A stretch of DNA of 64,000 nt, taken from NCBI GenBank assembly GCA_035221665.1, contig CM069163.1, positions 23,870,001-23,934,000 of the forward strand, given 5' to 3'. The notes beneath the pieces are model-generated. The model saw nothing but the letters and a program-made list of their open reading frames with translations, was not told the origin of the DNA and made no database searches. The position numbers and the translations under genes were made by a program. Source of the DNA: Okamejei kenojei (taxonomy: Eukaryota). This document shows positions 48,608-63,600 of the stretch, piece by piece (the stretch's first letter is position 1; every line of letters starts with the position of its first letter).

Positions 48608-51600
48608 TCACCACTTCACTGCCTGGACAAGCACTCACCGATTTATTTTTGTCATCTGGTAAATGGGCTTCATTCTTCTTGCTGGTCCGTAACCAGCTTA
48701 GCCACCCACCCTGAGGCACAGAGAAAAACCAAAATGAGTGTCTTTTTAAAGGAATTTATTTTTAATTCCCTGCCTAAGGAGGAGGGAGAGGCAGCAGTCT
48801 CACCAACTGTGTCAAGTAAACACGCCTGCATTTTCTTCGCGACCCTAGCCGGCATGGGTCAACCTACGTTCAAAGTAATTAGAAAAGATAACTGCTTAAC
48901 TTTACAGCCTGCAGGACCAGAGCCTTATACCAATACAGCAACAGTTGATACCACAACACCTGCCACCACTCTCCCAGAACAAATGTTCAATTCTTAGACC
49001 CAATGAACACCACACCAGCAGATCATTTTGAGACCGGTACAAAATTAGAGTGGTATTGAACTCTTCTCAATGCAAACACATTGTGGATTCAGTTCATCCG
49101 AAGAAGTGTAGCGAAGGGAAGTGGAAAACAAATGCAATTCTTGTACGGGTCATGAAGTTTGTGCTAAAGGAGGGAAGGCAAGGAGAAGAAACACTACTCC
49201 ATTTTGCTGTACCCTATGAGGAACATTTGATTGAATTCCAGGTTCCTGAAATCAAAAATGCTCCATTTCCCAGAAACAATTCTCCGCAACCTACAATTAA
49301 AAGAAAGGCCCCAAGAAAGAGTAGACCATCTTAACAGTATTCATATTCATAGATACTATAATTCCTATTGCCTATTAACTAAGAGAGGGTGCCATGCACG
49401 GCAGGGAGCATCACTCCATCCTCCTGGGCGGATTCCCTCGGCTACAGCAAGCGTCACTTCACCAGCTGCTCCTCTCCCTGCAACCCCCCCCCCTCCCCCC
49501 ACACCTTTGGACCATGTACCCATGAAGGCAAACACGATGCAACAAACAAATAAATAGAATACCATCTCAATTCTCCCATTCTGATTTGGAAGTAAAGGCC
49601 CTTTGTTGGTGGTGACCATGTGGCTCACTGTTGCCACCTCTCCGCCCTTTCCAGTCAAAGATTAGTTGCATTTGCATCCTCTACATTTTCAGAACATAAG
49701 TTGAGCAAACAAACAAATTCCAAGCTAGCCTCTGGATACCGACTAGTAGAAATAGTTTATCCTTTATTTGTTCCATTAAAATCATCAACATTTTCTTCTT
49801 GGGAACAACATGCAATTCCTCAATGGCTGCTGCAAGAACTGTAGTGTATCGAGACTGCTGTGACCATTGCAATGCCAACCTTGCCACTTCCAACCCACAG
49901 AAATAAACTGTTGGGGATATTTAGGAGGATGTGGAGAAATATATGTTTTAGATCAATGACTGTAGCAGAAGCAGAAAAAGTGTCAAGAGTGGGTTAGGGG
50001 CAGAGAGGTCGAAGGTCTGTGTCTATTTGGAGATCAATGGTGTCTAGGTGACAATGCTTTCTAGACCATCGACTAATTTGTCGTAGCTTGTCTTTCTCCC
50101 CATATTACAATCAGTCTGAAGGGTCCCGTCCTGACCTGACACATCACTTATCCACGTCCTCCAGAGATGCTGCCTAATCCGTTGAGTTACTCCAGCATTG
50201 TGTCTTTTTAAATCAGAGATGCCTCCTGATCTGTTGGGTTACTCCAGCATAGTGTTTTGTTTTTTTTGTCAAAGTATATAACTGATTCAGTAGTCTTTTT
50301 ACCTTTCCTTTTTTGCCCTCTGGTTGCTCCCGTTTAGGTTCCTTCTTGCCCTCCTGACTGTTGCTGTCAACAACCTCTGGCTGGGGTGGAAGTGTCGGCT
50401 GGTTCGCCGCCGATCGATGTCTCTCCCGGCCCATGCTGTGATTGGATGACTCGGAGGTAGTTCTCGAGCGTCTCCCGTATGGCTGAAACAAGACAGACTG
50501 GTGTCAAAGCAGCAGGCGCCGTGGGAAAAACACTAGGCAGCCCTCACCCAGATAGAAACCCAGCACGGTGCTCCCACCTGCCTTCTAAACCAGAAACAAT
50601 CCACAACTCAGCTGGCAAACCAGGAGGCATCCCAGTTTGAATGCGAGCCAGACTAATGCTTCAATGATCTGTCTCCGTCCATCTTAAACTCATTACGTTG
50701 CACTTCACAATGGGAATTGTTCTCCTATATCCTTGAGAAAGTCCTGGGGGTTGCGTGAAAACGACTGGAATGTGATTGATAGATGTTTGCTGAAGAAAGG
50801 CAGGGCATTAGAGCACCCAATCAATAAGCAGCTTATTTTGTGTGGAGTTATTAACCAAAATGACCAACTTTGGAGTTTTGTATTACTGTTTTAATTGTCT
50901 AATGTGTAGATTTAGTATTGACAATTTGCTCTCTATGATGAGACAAAAACTCATTTATCATCACATCACATGTCTATAGGTGTGTGTATGGTTTTTAGGA
51001 AATGTGATGGGGCAGGATAAATCCTGCATGCATTTGATCAAGGGATACTGGACTGAAATGTTTTAGACTACACGCCAAATATTTAGCATCAATTTAATCT
51101 TCAAAACCACCAAGCTTGCTGGTGTGGGCAATGAAATCATCCAGTTTGTCACAAATCTGCTGCTTACAGTCAGAGGTGGTCAATTATTAAAAAGGTTACA
51201 ACCAGCCCAGTTCATACCTGCCTCACTCAGCTCTAAAGTAAAGAATTGTAGCTTTCACCTCAGATCTCATTCAATATTTAGTGATGCTTCCCAGAGAGTG
51301 AGAAGCAGTGGGTCTGTAGAGGTGCATCAACCCAAAACATCACTGATCCATGTTCTCCAGAGATGCTGCCTGACCTGCTGAGTTACTCCTGCTCTTTGTG
51401 TCCTTTGGTGTATTAACCAGCATCTGCATTTTTTTGTTGCGACATTCGGAATTTTGCAGCGTTTGGCTGGAATTTAATAATAAATTGCCTGGAATTCAAT
51501 AATTCCATCCGAGGGAATGGAAGATAACGGTCAAAGGGGACAGGTCTACCAAAGTTATTGAGGTGCTGTACCACAGCATGGAAACTAGCACTGTCCCAGA

Positions 51601-54600
51601 CACGTTCACTTAGCAGAGGGATTAGCCCACTTCTGGCTGTATATCAATCAATGTGCCAAAATTACTGGCATGCCAAACTGGCCTTGCAATCGGATCTACG
51701 AGCAACGATTCGTCAGACAAGGAAGTGGCTTCAACAGCCAAGGATTGTGGATTCGTCACCCAAGGAAGAATGATTGTGGCTTCAAGTGTTGAAGGATAGA
51801 TGGAAGAGAACGCTCGCACGTACGCAGGAGTGCGTACACACAAGGCGGAGCACAAGAGAGTGGCCGAGGCAGAGAGAACCTTCACCAAGCACGCGCCATG
51901 ATGGGAATAGAAGCACCAGAACCGTAGCACCGAGAGTCAGGAGTTGCGTACCATGTGCAAAGATGACTGAGACGCTGACCTTGATCTTCTTCCCGGGGCC
52001 TGCTTCAGACACAAACGTTCAGCGGTGTTAACCACTACAAGGACATTGAAATAAGCTTACCTTCACATTTAGGTCCCTTCACATGATGACTGGGACTGCA
52101 ACTTATGGGGACAGGACATAGCTAATGACCTTGGAGGACATTGTGCATTCCACAGTTAAAGACTTGCTGTGTTTCTTGCATGATAAATGGCCATTAGAAA
52201 CGGTACAGCACTGGCTGTGGGCTAAATCTCAGAGCCTTTAGAAGACATGGGAACAAAAGACTATTTGGCCCAAACAGTCCTTGCCGGTATTTATGCTCCA
52301 CTTGAGCCACTTTCTGCCTTTCCTCAATGTTACAGTGCGACTAGTTTTTCCTCCTCCCTCCTAAATGCAGTTTCTCTACTACTCCCTACAGTAACACATT
52401 CCACATTCACACCACCCAAGGTTTTAATAAACCTGGCCCTGGGGATAGCAGATGTACATACTTGTCGTCTTCAAAAAATTCACTGACTTTTCAACAGTTC
52501 CCATGAATGGAAAGTGGCGAATGTCACCACTCTTCAAAAATCAAAGGACGAAGGCAAGAGAGAAAATGAGGCACAACAAACTAGATAGTCCAACATTAAT
52601 AAAAGGAAGTTGCAATAGGACAATCAGAAAAGAAGAACAGGAGTGAGTAGGCAGAGGCTAACAATAGGACTGTCTACAGGACCCAATAGACAACGTCCAC
52701 ATGGATCCCCCCCTCGGCTCGTGTGTAACCAGACATCAACTACTGGGAGAATTTAGCAAAAACCAACAATTTAAAATAGTGCAATGCTTTTTTTTTCAGT
52801 AAGATAGATTATGCTAACAAACTGAATGGCTCCAAAGTCATGGGATCCAGGGCACACTCCACAGTACTGTATCATAAACTGCCAGCTTTAATTTTTCTTC
52901 CCTAGACTCCAAGGATAATAGCACTAAACATGCATTCAAGATCAGCAAGCAAACTGTCAACACAATGCTAGGAAAAGGATCAAATAAGGTGGTCTTCTAC
53001 ACGGAGAATAGGGGAGGGTTTCACAATGTTCAATGCCACACTGCAATAGTACAGGATAAGACCAGCGCAGTGCATTTACCCAGTAACATTTGAAACAAAT
53101 GATTACTTGGAGATTAGCTGCCTTACCATTTTGGCCATTTGATCATAGAAATCCTGCTGCCCGGTTTCCCCGAAGCTGTGTCTTTTTGGCGATATTTGGT
53201 GATTGATGGAATTCATGTCTGGAGATCCTGAGAAAGGGGAGAAAATTACTGCACAGGAAGGTGGAAGTTTTATCATGCCATCAAGATTTGATTTCTCTGA
53301 TAACTATAGAAATAATCGCAAGGGACCATTTACTCTCAGAACTCTAAATTAATCCTCAATTGAAAAGTCTCAAAAAGCAAATTTGTTCCTAATGGTCGAG
53401 TTAACATCCATCCGCCAACAAGATTTTAACATTTTGTCATCAGGTATGGACAGCATTTATTACCAGTCCTTAACCTGCCACTGGAAACTATGTATCAACC
53501 ACATTGATGAGTGTGGAAGCATAAACAGTAAGGACAGAAGACTTGCTTCTCTGAAGGACATCTGTGAATAAAACGTTGTTTAAAAAAAAAACGTTTTCAC
53601 TGACCATGAGACTAGTTTTTTCAAATAAAAATCCAAATCTATTGCTTGCATTGAAAATTCCCCAACTTGGCAGCACAATGGCACAGCTGCTGCTCCACAG
53701 TGCCAGAAACACAGGTTGACTGACTTGACCTCAAGTGCTGTCTGTGTGGAGATTCTCCCTGTGACTGCATGGAGGTACTCTAGTTGGTCAGTTCACTGGC
53801 CTCTAAATTGCCTCTAATGCGCAAGGAGTGGATGAGAAAGTGGAATAACACACAACTAGTGTGAACGGGTGATCAATGGTTAGTTTGGACTCTGTGGGCC
53901 GATGGGCCCGTTTCCATGTTGTATCGCTAAATTCTCAGCATCAAAGGTAGAAGAAATCATTGCTTGTCCAAATAGTCCAGATATGATTAAATCATTAAAG
54001 TTTTGTCGGGGTGATGCTGCCCATATAAATTGGATAAAGCATTTCATTAGACAAATACAATTACATTTGAATAAATATTTACATGAAAATGATTTAGGTG
54101 TGAAGTTGTGAAAGCGGCTACAAATACACCTTGTATCCCGAGTACTGTCAAGTTATTAAGTTCCCCACGCAGTTTAGATGCCCTATGCTCCAATACTAGT
54201 ACCCCCACCCATATATCTGCCGCTTTGCACTAACCTGCATTGACGTGAACCTGTTCTTGCACAGTCGGCAGAGGCTCTACCGGGGGTCCAGGTGGAGGCC
54301 CGGACAATCCTGGAGAGAAGGGGCCTTTCGACAGATCGCAAGGTTGCCTGAAAGCGGAGTTGGGCGATTGTCCTGGAAAGCCAGGTGAACTATGAGTGGG
54401 TGAATACAGCGGAACGGTGCCATCAGTTACAGACTGTGAGGGAGGGGCTGCCATCAACCTCCCATCCAGTACAGCACGAGGAGCTGCAAGAAAAACAAAG
54501 CAAATAGGAGCAAACACAGGAAGAGGCAAAGATGATCCAATGTGGAAGCTGTAACAAAAGGAACAGGAGCACATCATTCTAGTTTATTCTTCATGACTTC

Positions 54601-57600
54601 ATTTCCCACCTCGATTACACACAGTAATAAACTCGTTGAGATGGAAAGATAGATCAGCCATGATTGAATGACGAAGTAGACTTGATGGGCCCAATTCTGC
54701 TCCTATAATTTATGAAACTCTGCTGAACAAAAATCCATAATCTCAGTTCTGATTTATTCATTATTAACACCATTTGGGGGAGGCATTTTAAAATTTTCAC
54801 GAGCGTAGAAAATCTTATACATTATCACACCCAAGGAATCTCTCTGAAGCTGGGGGTCATCAATTCAATTTCAATGATCACAGGCTATTTAGATACGAGG
54901 CAATCAGAATATATTCTCTCACTGAGAGAAAGTCCTTGAGGCTCGGCGACTGGCAGGGGATGAATGACATGGCCAAGCCCGATTGTCCTTTGAGGCGACC
55001 CCCAATGTTATTACTGTCTACACTGTGAAGACTGTAGACTTCACACCACTGAAGTCTGTGGTCTCTCAAGGAGGCAGCTCCAGGATTGTGGAGCAACAAA
55101 GAAACAGTGCCATATAATAATGCAACTTTCGAGGGAAAGTTAAGGTGAACATGCTAACCACTGCAATTTGCAATTTAAATTGTATAAGATGCATTTAAAT
55201 AGGATGACGGAAGGATAGGCGATGCTGAAAGTGCAAGGTGAATGAAGCAGGCAGCAACTTTTATTCAGCTTTGATACCAGTACAAAGGGGTTCAACGTAA
55301 TTTTGTAGGTGAAACGTAGAAAAATATGGGCCATGTTTTGTACTTTTCAGATACCTGCTGGCATGAGCTGGACTCCAGGCACTTCTGTCGATCCTGCATC
55401 TGGTACAAAAGATGCCATCAGTGGGTTCTCCATTCTTGTGACCTCCTCCTGGGAGCCAGTGGGAAGCTCTTCAGCATGGTGCATCTGATCATACTCTGAA
55501 CTAGGGGTGCTGGAGCAGAACGGCTGGGGAGTGGCTCTACCTGACCCACACGCAAAGCCACCGTCCTGGAGAAAGAACAAAAAGATAGAGATCTGGTGAG
55601 TGGAAAGATCAGGGAACTAGGGAAAAAAAGGTGCCAGCAGTGCACAAAAATCGAATCTCACCTTTATCTGGATTTCAATTTGTCTGAGCTGTTGAATCCA
55701 ATCTGGCTCCATATGCAACTCCTGTTCAGATCTTTCCTTTGACTGAGGGTCAGAGAATCGCAGCTGAGAGGAAATCTATTGGAGCACAATGAGACCAAAT
55801 AGTGATGGGAGAAGAGAAAAAAAGGAGTATTAATATAATCATATAATAACCATATAACAATTACAGCACGGAAACAGGCCCTCTCGGCCCTTCCAGTCCG
55901 TGCCGACCATTTGTTTTCCCCTAGTCCCATCTACCTGCACTCAGACCATACCCCTCCATTCCCTTCGCATCCATATACCTATCCACTTTACTCTTAAATG
56001 TTAAAATCGATCCTGCCTCCACCACTTCTGCTGGAAGCTGATTCCACACAGCCACCACCCTCTGAGTAAAGAAGTTCCCCTCACGTTACCCCGAAACCTC
56101 TGTCCCTTAATTCTCATTTCATGCCCTCTTGTTTGAATCTTCCCTACCCTCAATGGGAAAAACGTATCCACGTCAACTCTGTCTATCCCTTTCATCATTT
56201 TAAAGACCTCAATCAAGTCCCCCCTTAACCTTCTGCGCTCCAAAGAATAAAGACCTAACTTGTTCAACCTTTCTCTGTAACATAGTTGCTGGAACCCTGG
56301 CAACATTCTAGTAAATCTCCTCTGTACTCTCTCTATTTTGTTGACATCCTTCCTATAACTAGGCGACCAAAATTGTACACCATACTCCAGAATTGGTCTT
56401 ACCAATGCCTTGTACAATTTTAACATTACTTCCCTACTCCTATATTCAATGCTCTGATTTATAAAGGCCAGCACACCAAAGGCTTTCTTTACCCCCTATC
56501 TACATGCGATTCCACCTTCAGGGAACTATGCACAGTTATTCCTAGATCCCTCTGTTCCACAGCAATCCTCAATTCCCTACCATTTACCATGTACGTCCTA
56601 TTTTGATTTGTCCTGCCAAGATGTAGCACTTCACACTTATCAGCATTAAACTCCATCTGCCATCTTTCAGCCCACTTTTCCAAATGGCCCAAATCTCTCT
56701 GTAGACTTTGAAAATCTACTTCATTATCCGCAACACCACCTATCTTAGTATCATCTGCATACTTACTTATCCAATTTTCCACCCCATCATCCAGATCATT
56801 GATGTACATGACAAACAACAGTGGACCCAACACAGATCCCTGAGGCACCCCACTGGTCACCGGCTTCCAACCTGACAAACAGCCATCCACCATTACTCTC
56901 TGACATCTCCCATTCAGCCACTGTTGAATCCATCTTGCTACTCCGCCATTAACACCCAAAGATTGAACCTTCTTAACCAACCTTCCATGGGGAACCTTGT
57001 CAAAGGCCTTACTGAAATCCATATAGACTACATCCACTGCTTTACCCTCATCAATTTCCCTAGTATTAATAATATTAATCAAATTAATATAATTAATAAA
57101 TCCTGTTATATAACTGCTCTTGGTTTCTACCAGAGTAGCAACTGCTCATCTCAAATTGACCTCCCATTGAACTGATTTGCTGAGCTTCATTTCCAACCAT
57201 GTGAAAACTGGGGTGGGAGATTGCGACCTTCACGTGGTCCGCCCTGTTTCGACTAATGCAATCAACTCGACGTGCACAAACGGAAGATCAAATAGAACAA
57301 GTTGTCCAACAACTTTAGGCTGTGCACGCCACACGAAAGAAGAATATGTGAAAACTCGAGTCACCCGTAGGCTGTACCGGGTAAGAATAGCTGCTTTTTA
57401 CTTCATGGGTATTAAACTTTAAAGTGGAGGGGCAAAGTTTAAAGGAGATATGCAGGGCAAGTGCCCCTCCCCGCACACACCAAGGGTGATGGATGCCTGG
57501 AACACGTTGCCAGGGGTGGTGGTGGTGGTGGCAGACACAATCGTGGAATTTTAAATGCTTTTAGATAGGTACGTGAAAATGCAGGCAATTGAGGAATGTA

Positions 57601-60600
57601 GATCACGTGCAGGCAGATGAGCTTATCTTATCTTGGCACCAAGTTTCCCATCAATTTATTGCTTTCCTTTAACTTTCTCTGCTCTAAGAACAATTCCAGT
57701 TCTTCCACCCTGGTACCTCTTTCAGCCTTTTGCTGACCTTCTCTCAGCCGTTTGCGTTCTAAAACGTGGCTCACAAATCCAGAAACCAGCCACACATTTA
57801 GAGCTCTCTTTCTGCTGCTAGGCCACGAGTCAGAGAACAGTGTGTTGTAATCTGAGACAGTAGATTGTGAATTCATAACCTTTCAGTTGTTTGATTTAGA
57901 AGCCCATTTGGTAGTAACATAAATGATTCAAATCAACTTGCCACTGATTAACTTTCCTTGACACACCATCTTGTATTGAATCTCACCATCTCTCAGGAAG
58001 ACATTCTTGACATGGAACAGATCCAGAATCATTAGCAGCACAGGTCGACATTTCTCAAGAGCCGAGACGTGGTTGCTGACATGACCAAAGACAAAGGTCG
58101 ATCCTAATCGCATCATCTGATCACAGGTATCCCAACTGCTTGGATAGCTCTATCCCATTCCTGGTCAACCTCCATCAGCTCACTTGACATAAAAGGGGAG
58201 AGCAACCTTTTCCTCATGGCTAAACATTGTTTACTGACCATAGGAAGGAAATCTCCTTCACAGCCCCTTGTCATATTCCAGATCTCGCTCACATTAGTCT
58301 GCAGGGCATTGATTTTGTCTCTCAGGGAGATGCCAGCCCCCAGCCACCTGACTTGATCTAGCACCACAGTGAGAACACACAAACATTTCAGATTGCATCT
58401 CCACCCAGTTCGACATCACAATCACAGTGATATCACTCCCAGTTCCTGACAATGTTGTTCTAAGATTGAAAGAGTCACTCCAGCATGGACAAGAGACCTT
58501 CCAAAAACAAAAGAGGCTCAGTGGTACAGATAGTATAGCTCCTGCTTGATAGACCCACAGAGAAAGGTTTGATTATGACCTCGAGTATTGCCTGTGTGGA
58601 GATTGTGCGTTCTCCCTGTACCTGTGCTGTTTTCCTCTGGGTGCTCCGGTTTCCTCCCGCAAGATATGTGGGTGGGTAAGTTAACTGACTACAGTAAATT
58701 GCCCCTAGTAAATAGGAAAATCTGGGGGAAGTTGATGGAAACATTGGGAGAATAGAAAAAAGTGAAATTAATGTAGGATTTGTGTAAAATGGTAGCTGAT
58801 GGTCAATGCAGTATCAGAGAGCCACAGTGCCCATTTCTAAACTCTGTCTTCATCACGTTAGTATACCAAGCCCCCAGCTCGCAACAATGCTTATTGCATC
58901 TAACTGTAGCAGGTGGCATCTCCCTGGTTGGTATTCATCCCCTCCCTTCACCAAGAGCTCTGAGCACATCCTTACCCATGCTGACCTCCATCAATCACAC
59001 ATGGTCCATAGGTACAATGCTGCACTGTGGCACGTATTAAGTTTTCAGAATTCCTTTCTTAATGGCATTAAGGGTGATTTGGCTTTTCTCTGGATTTTAA
59101 GGTGGTCTCAGCAACAGGTGCAACAGGTAGTGTGTGATGCATATGCACGGTGGGTGGGCTGGAAGGTGCTCTTTCCACTGGGTACACTGAACTTCTGTAT
59201 GTTCCCAAAAGGAACACAAGATAATGCATCACCGTGAATGGCCAGTGAGAAACATTTATGTTAATTTACTTAACCTCCCATGGAGGATTCTGCAGAGGTG
59301 GAGTTGATGGTATCTCTCCGGTAAGCTGCGATGCCTGCAGTGTCAGTAGCATACGAAAGGGCAGTGATCACTGCTGCTTATAATTACATGGACTTCGCAG
59401 AAAATGATCATTCAGATCAGCAGGGGCACCAGGTTGTTTATCTTTTCTATTCCCATCTTTCTGCACGTCACCCGACTGGCATAATCTTGCATTCATTTCT
59501 CTAGTTTTATATATTTTTCCCTTAAATGCATTCTTTTTCTTTTTTGCCCCATGGGCATTTTCACTTCTCTGCGGTAAAGTTCCACTCAAATTTTTCATTG
59601 TGTTTATCTTACATTCATGGCCCTTTGGCTTCTGGGAGAGCCATGTGTTTGAAAAACATATTTACATTCCACAGTCCCTTATCCTACCTGAATGAGCTGT
59701 CCCAATAATACGGGAGAATAATAGGCTGGATTCCTGAGGATGGTTCTTGAAATGACTTCACAATAGTGAAAAGCTTGCGCCGCCAAGCCCATCTCAGCCA
59801 GCCGACATGCGTAAATGAATTTAAACACCTAAGAGGTTGAAACAAAGTTCACATTACAAAAGCAAGAAGTCGAACCACAACAAATTGTCATTTTCAAGTA
59901 ACAAGGAGCTTTGTATGGGAGGAAGGATTTTGGGGGAGAGCATAAACATAACTTTGAATTTCTCATACCTGAAAGTTGGGAAGGAAGCACGTTTGGCTGC
60001 CCAAAGCCTGTGCATACTCGTAAGCCTCTGTGCGCTGGATGGCTTCATTTGAAGCAAATTTCAGAAATGACCAACTGAAAGTAAAAACAAAATTCAGAAC
60101 ATAATCTGAAAACTGCTGTTTGATGTAGTCATTATTAAATTACTACTGATTTTGGTTCTGCCACATCGCAGACGTAAAATTGAAGACCAAGCAAATGTCC
60201 ATCCTTATCAGGACCAGTTAATATCCCACACAAAAGCATGCTCAAGATCCTAGCCCACTACCTGGATTCGGAGTGGAGTGTTGTGCACTAGTGCTGCAGC
60301 CACTCTATAAGGCCGCCATTGGGAATGATCGCACCTTTTTGTAAAATAAATTAAATGAAAGCCGTGTCCTCACATCGGACTATTCTGAGGAACAGCAAGG
60401 GGGCTCTTTTCCAGATCAATGTTATTCATTAAACCACCCGAGATGATTACATTTTGGTTCTTGCTCTGTATATTTGGCTGCCATGTTCATTGGCTCAGAC
60501 GTAGGAGAAGCACCACATAAATACTTGAAGCTCATCTGCAATAAAGCGGCAGCAAACCAGGATAACAATCATAGAACTGTACTGCATTTATTACCGCGAA

Positions 60601-63600
60601 GAGCGGACAAGTTGAAAAGACATCCAATACTCGTGGCCTAGTGATTTCACAGCCAAGCGAAGGGGCAATGTGTTGAAACTGGGATTATACGCAGGGCATA
60701 CGACCAACTGTCTAACAAAGCCTTGCCAAGTCCCACTGGGAGATCCAGCTCTCCTCAGGTGGCTTCTCTTGTCAGCATGACAAAGCTACTCTCCATATCA
60801 GAAATCGTACACATGCCAAAAATACCAGGTTTCAGATTTGATTTCACACTTACAGCCCAGATATGGCACATCTTGTAGCATTTTTTTCTCTGAATTAGAG
60901 AACTGCTGATTTGTAGCACGCAGTTAAACACAATTGGGGCAAACAAATCCTGTGTAATACTGAAGGAGATTCAACTGCAGAAGACGCAGTCTTTGTGGCA
61001 AGGGGTGGACAAGATAGGACCACCCCCCTCACCCCTTGCTGGAAGTGCAGAAGAAAATTGCCCCTGGGGTTCCCGCCTAACATTTCTCAAAATGCCACCA
61101 AAACATATCCTCTCATTCATTTTTTATTCCTTACAATTTGCTATGCATAAGATGGCTAGTACATTTATAAGAGAACACCCCAGTCTGGGATTCCAAGGGG
61201 TTAAAGTTAATGAGTTGCTTCTTACCTGGGTTGTAAATACAAGGCATTACACCAGCTCACCTGTGATTTGAACCAATCAGCACGAGTTTTGTGGATTTTC
61301 TAGTGTATACTCCAAATCCAACCTGTGCCATCAGGTAACAGAAATGTGAAGCATCTAATAATCCCTTGACAGCTACGAAGAAAAAGAGGATCACGGCTGT
61401 TAACATTGTCTTCATACCTTCATTCAGCCCCTTAAACCTACTTTGCCATTTCATGAGAATACATTCAACCTACATTTCGCCACAATATAAAGTGCTGGAG
61501 GAACTCAGTGAGTCAATCAGACAACATCTGTGGAGGGAACGGATAGGCGACGTTTCGTCCATGAACCCTTCTTCAGAGTCCGAAACATCGACCCAAAACA
61601 TAATTTATCTGTTTCTTCAACAGATGCTGACTGACCCGTCGACTTCCTCCAGTACTTTGTGTTTTGCTCAAGTTTCCAGCATCTGCGGTTCTTTGTCGTG
61701 ATTTAGCAACAAACCTCCATGACACCCAAACCAGAGATAAATCTCATGAACATTACAATTACCTTCCTCACCAACCTCACAACTTTTTTTTTTGAGGATT
61801 CCAGATTTCTGCTACATTTTGTACTAAAATTGTTTAAATGTACTAAATGGATTAATGTACTTTTGCACACTTCAAGTAAAAATTATTAGATTTGTTTACA
61901 AGCATGGCAGGACTATTGGGACAATTTTCATTCTTTGGCTGGCCTAACTCTTTGACTTTATATATCACCATCTAAAGGGTTGAAAAACATCACTTTTTCG
62001 GAAGCAATTAAAAAGGCGGCTCTCATGAAAAAAGGAGAAAATGGTGGAGGGGGAATTAAGCATCATTATTTTCAGATATTCATAGAACTGGAACATACCA
62101 AGCGTATCTCCCATGGTGGTGATGGTTCTTCTGTCCAAGTCTGGTCCGTTGGAAAGGTTGGACAGCACCATGGCGAGGTGGGGTCGCCAGTCTCCCCACT
62201 TCTCATCTCCACAACACTGAAAGGTGAAAAATAAGCAAGAGACAGGCATGTTACAGGCTAGAAACGTCTTAACATTACTGAGGTTCCTGCTTCTATGCCA
62301 AATCTATAAACAACTGTACTGCACTACCTTGGGTCTGCAATCAAGACTTGGGAAGTGGGTGGAGTATGGAAAGCCAATAATATTTTCTTCAATAGGTAGT
62401 TCTTAGTACTGCTCAATGATAAAATATTTCACTTTTCATTGTGCCATTTCATTGAAAGCAGTGCCAAGTATGTCCTATTGAGTTCAAATGTGCTGACTGA
62501 GAATTTGATGCCCTTTTCGCCAATGCACTTCCCCGCTAGACATGCACTTTACAGCTGTGGAAATGACAGCAGGGTAATGTTGGAAAAATCCAGAGAATGT
62601 AAAGCCCATTGTTGGAAATTAGCATTTAAGATGCCACATTTAAGATGGAACTGCATATACTGGAAAATCGAAGGTAGACAAAAATCCTGGAGAAACTCAG
62701 CGGGTGAGGCAGCATCTATGGAGCGAAGGAAATGAGCGATGTTTCAGGTCGAAACCCTTCTTCAGACTCGACCCGAAACGTCGCCTATTTCCTTCACTCC
62801 AAAGATGCCACCTTACCCGCTGAGTTTCTCCAGCAATGTCTACCTTCGATTTTCCAGCATCAGCAGTTCCTTCTTAAACATTTAAGATGCCACGATGCTC
62901 AAAAATAAATCCCAGAAGTAAACTAGCACAAGAAAGGACCATAGAGCATTTAGATTTTTGAAAATCCTAATGCACCCAAATTGAATTAATTGAAAACAAA
63001 ATAGAATTTTCTTCCAGAAAAGTAATTGCTGAATTGCTTAAAGGAAAGTCTTGTCCTAAATGTCTACACAAAACTGCCTAGAGTGTAATCAGAATTCAAC
63101 CCCTCATCAAATTGTCTAATGCAAAAGTCATTAAGGGATGAGACAGGCATCAAATCAAGGAGGACCACCCAACAAAATGACTAAAGGATCAAAAGAAGGA
63201 AAATATTTGGATACAAGACAACGGTGACGCAGCAGTAGAGTTGCTGTCTTACAGACCAGAGACCTGGGTTCAATCTTGACTACGAGTGTTGTCAGTACGG
63301 AGTTTGTACGTTCTTCCTTGTGACCTGCACGGGTTTTCTCTGGGATCTCCGGTTTCCTCCCACACCCCAAAGACGTAACGGTTTGTAAAATAATTGGCTT
63401 GGTCTAATTGTATATTGTCCCTAGTGTGTATGGATAATGCAAGTGTGCGGGGATCGCTGGTCGGTGCGGACTTGGTGGGCCGAAGGGGCTGCCTCCGCAT
63501 TGTATCTCTAAACTAAACACAACTTATTTTCTCCAGAGATAAGCTGTGCACTACTGCCGTGCCAAGTGTTTGATGAGTCAGTGTTGATAGTTTAAAAAAA

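Noticed and set aside
55347-55354. GTATCT donor as a U12-type intron
   Set aside because: It does not match GTATCCTT, and I saw no TCCTTAAC branch site at the matching acceptor.
56001-57082. Intact reverse transcriptase gene
   Set aside because: 5'-truncated, frameshifted CR1 copy with no endonuclease or promoter.
58806-59237. 143-aa intronic ORF
   Set aside because: No recognisable motif or splice support; it begins in a SINE remnant.
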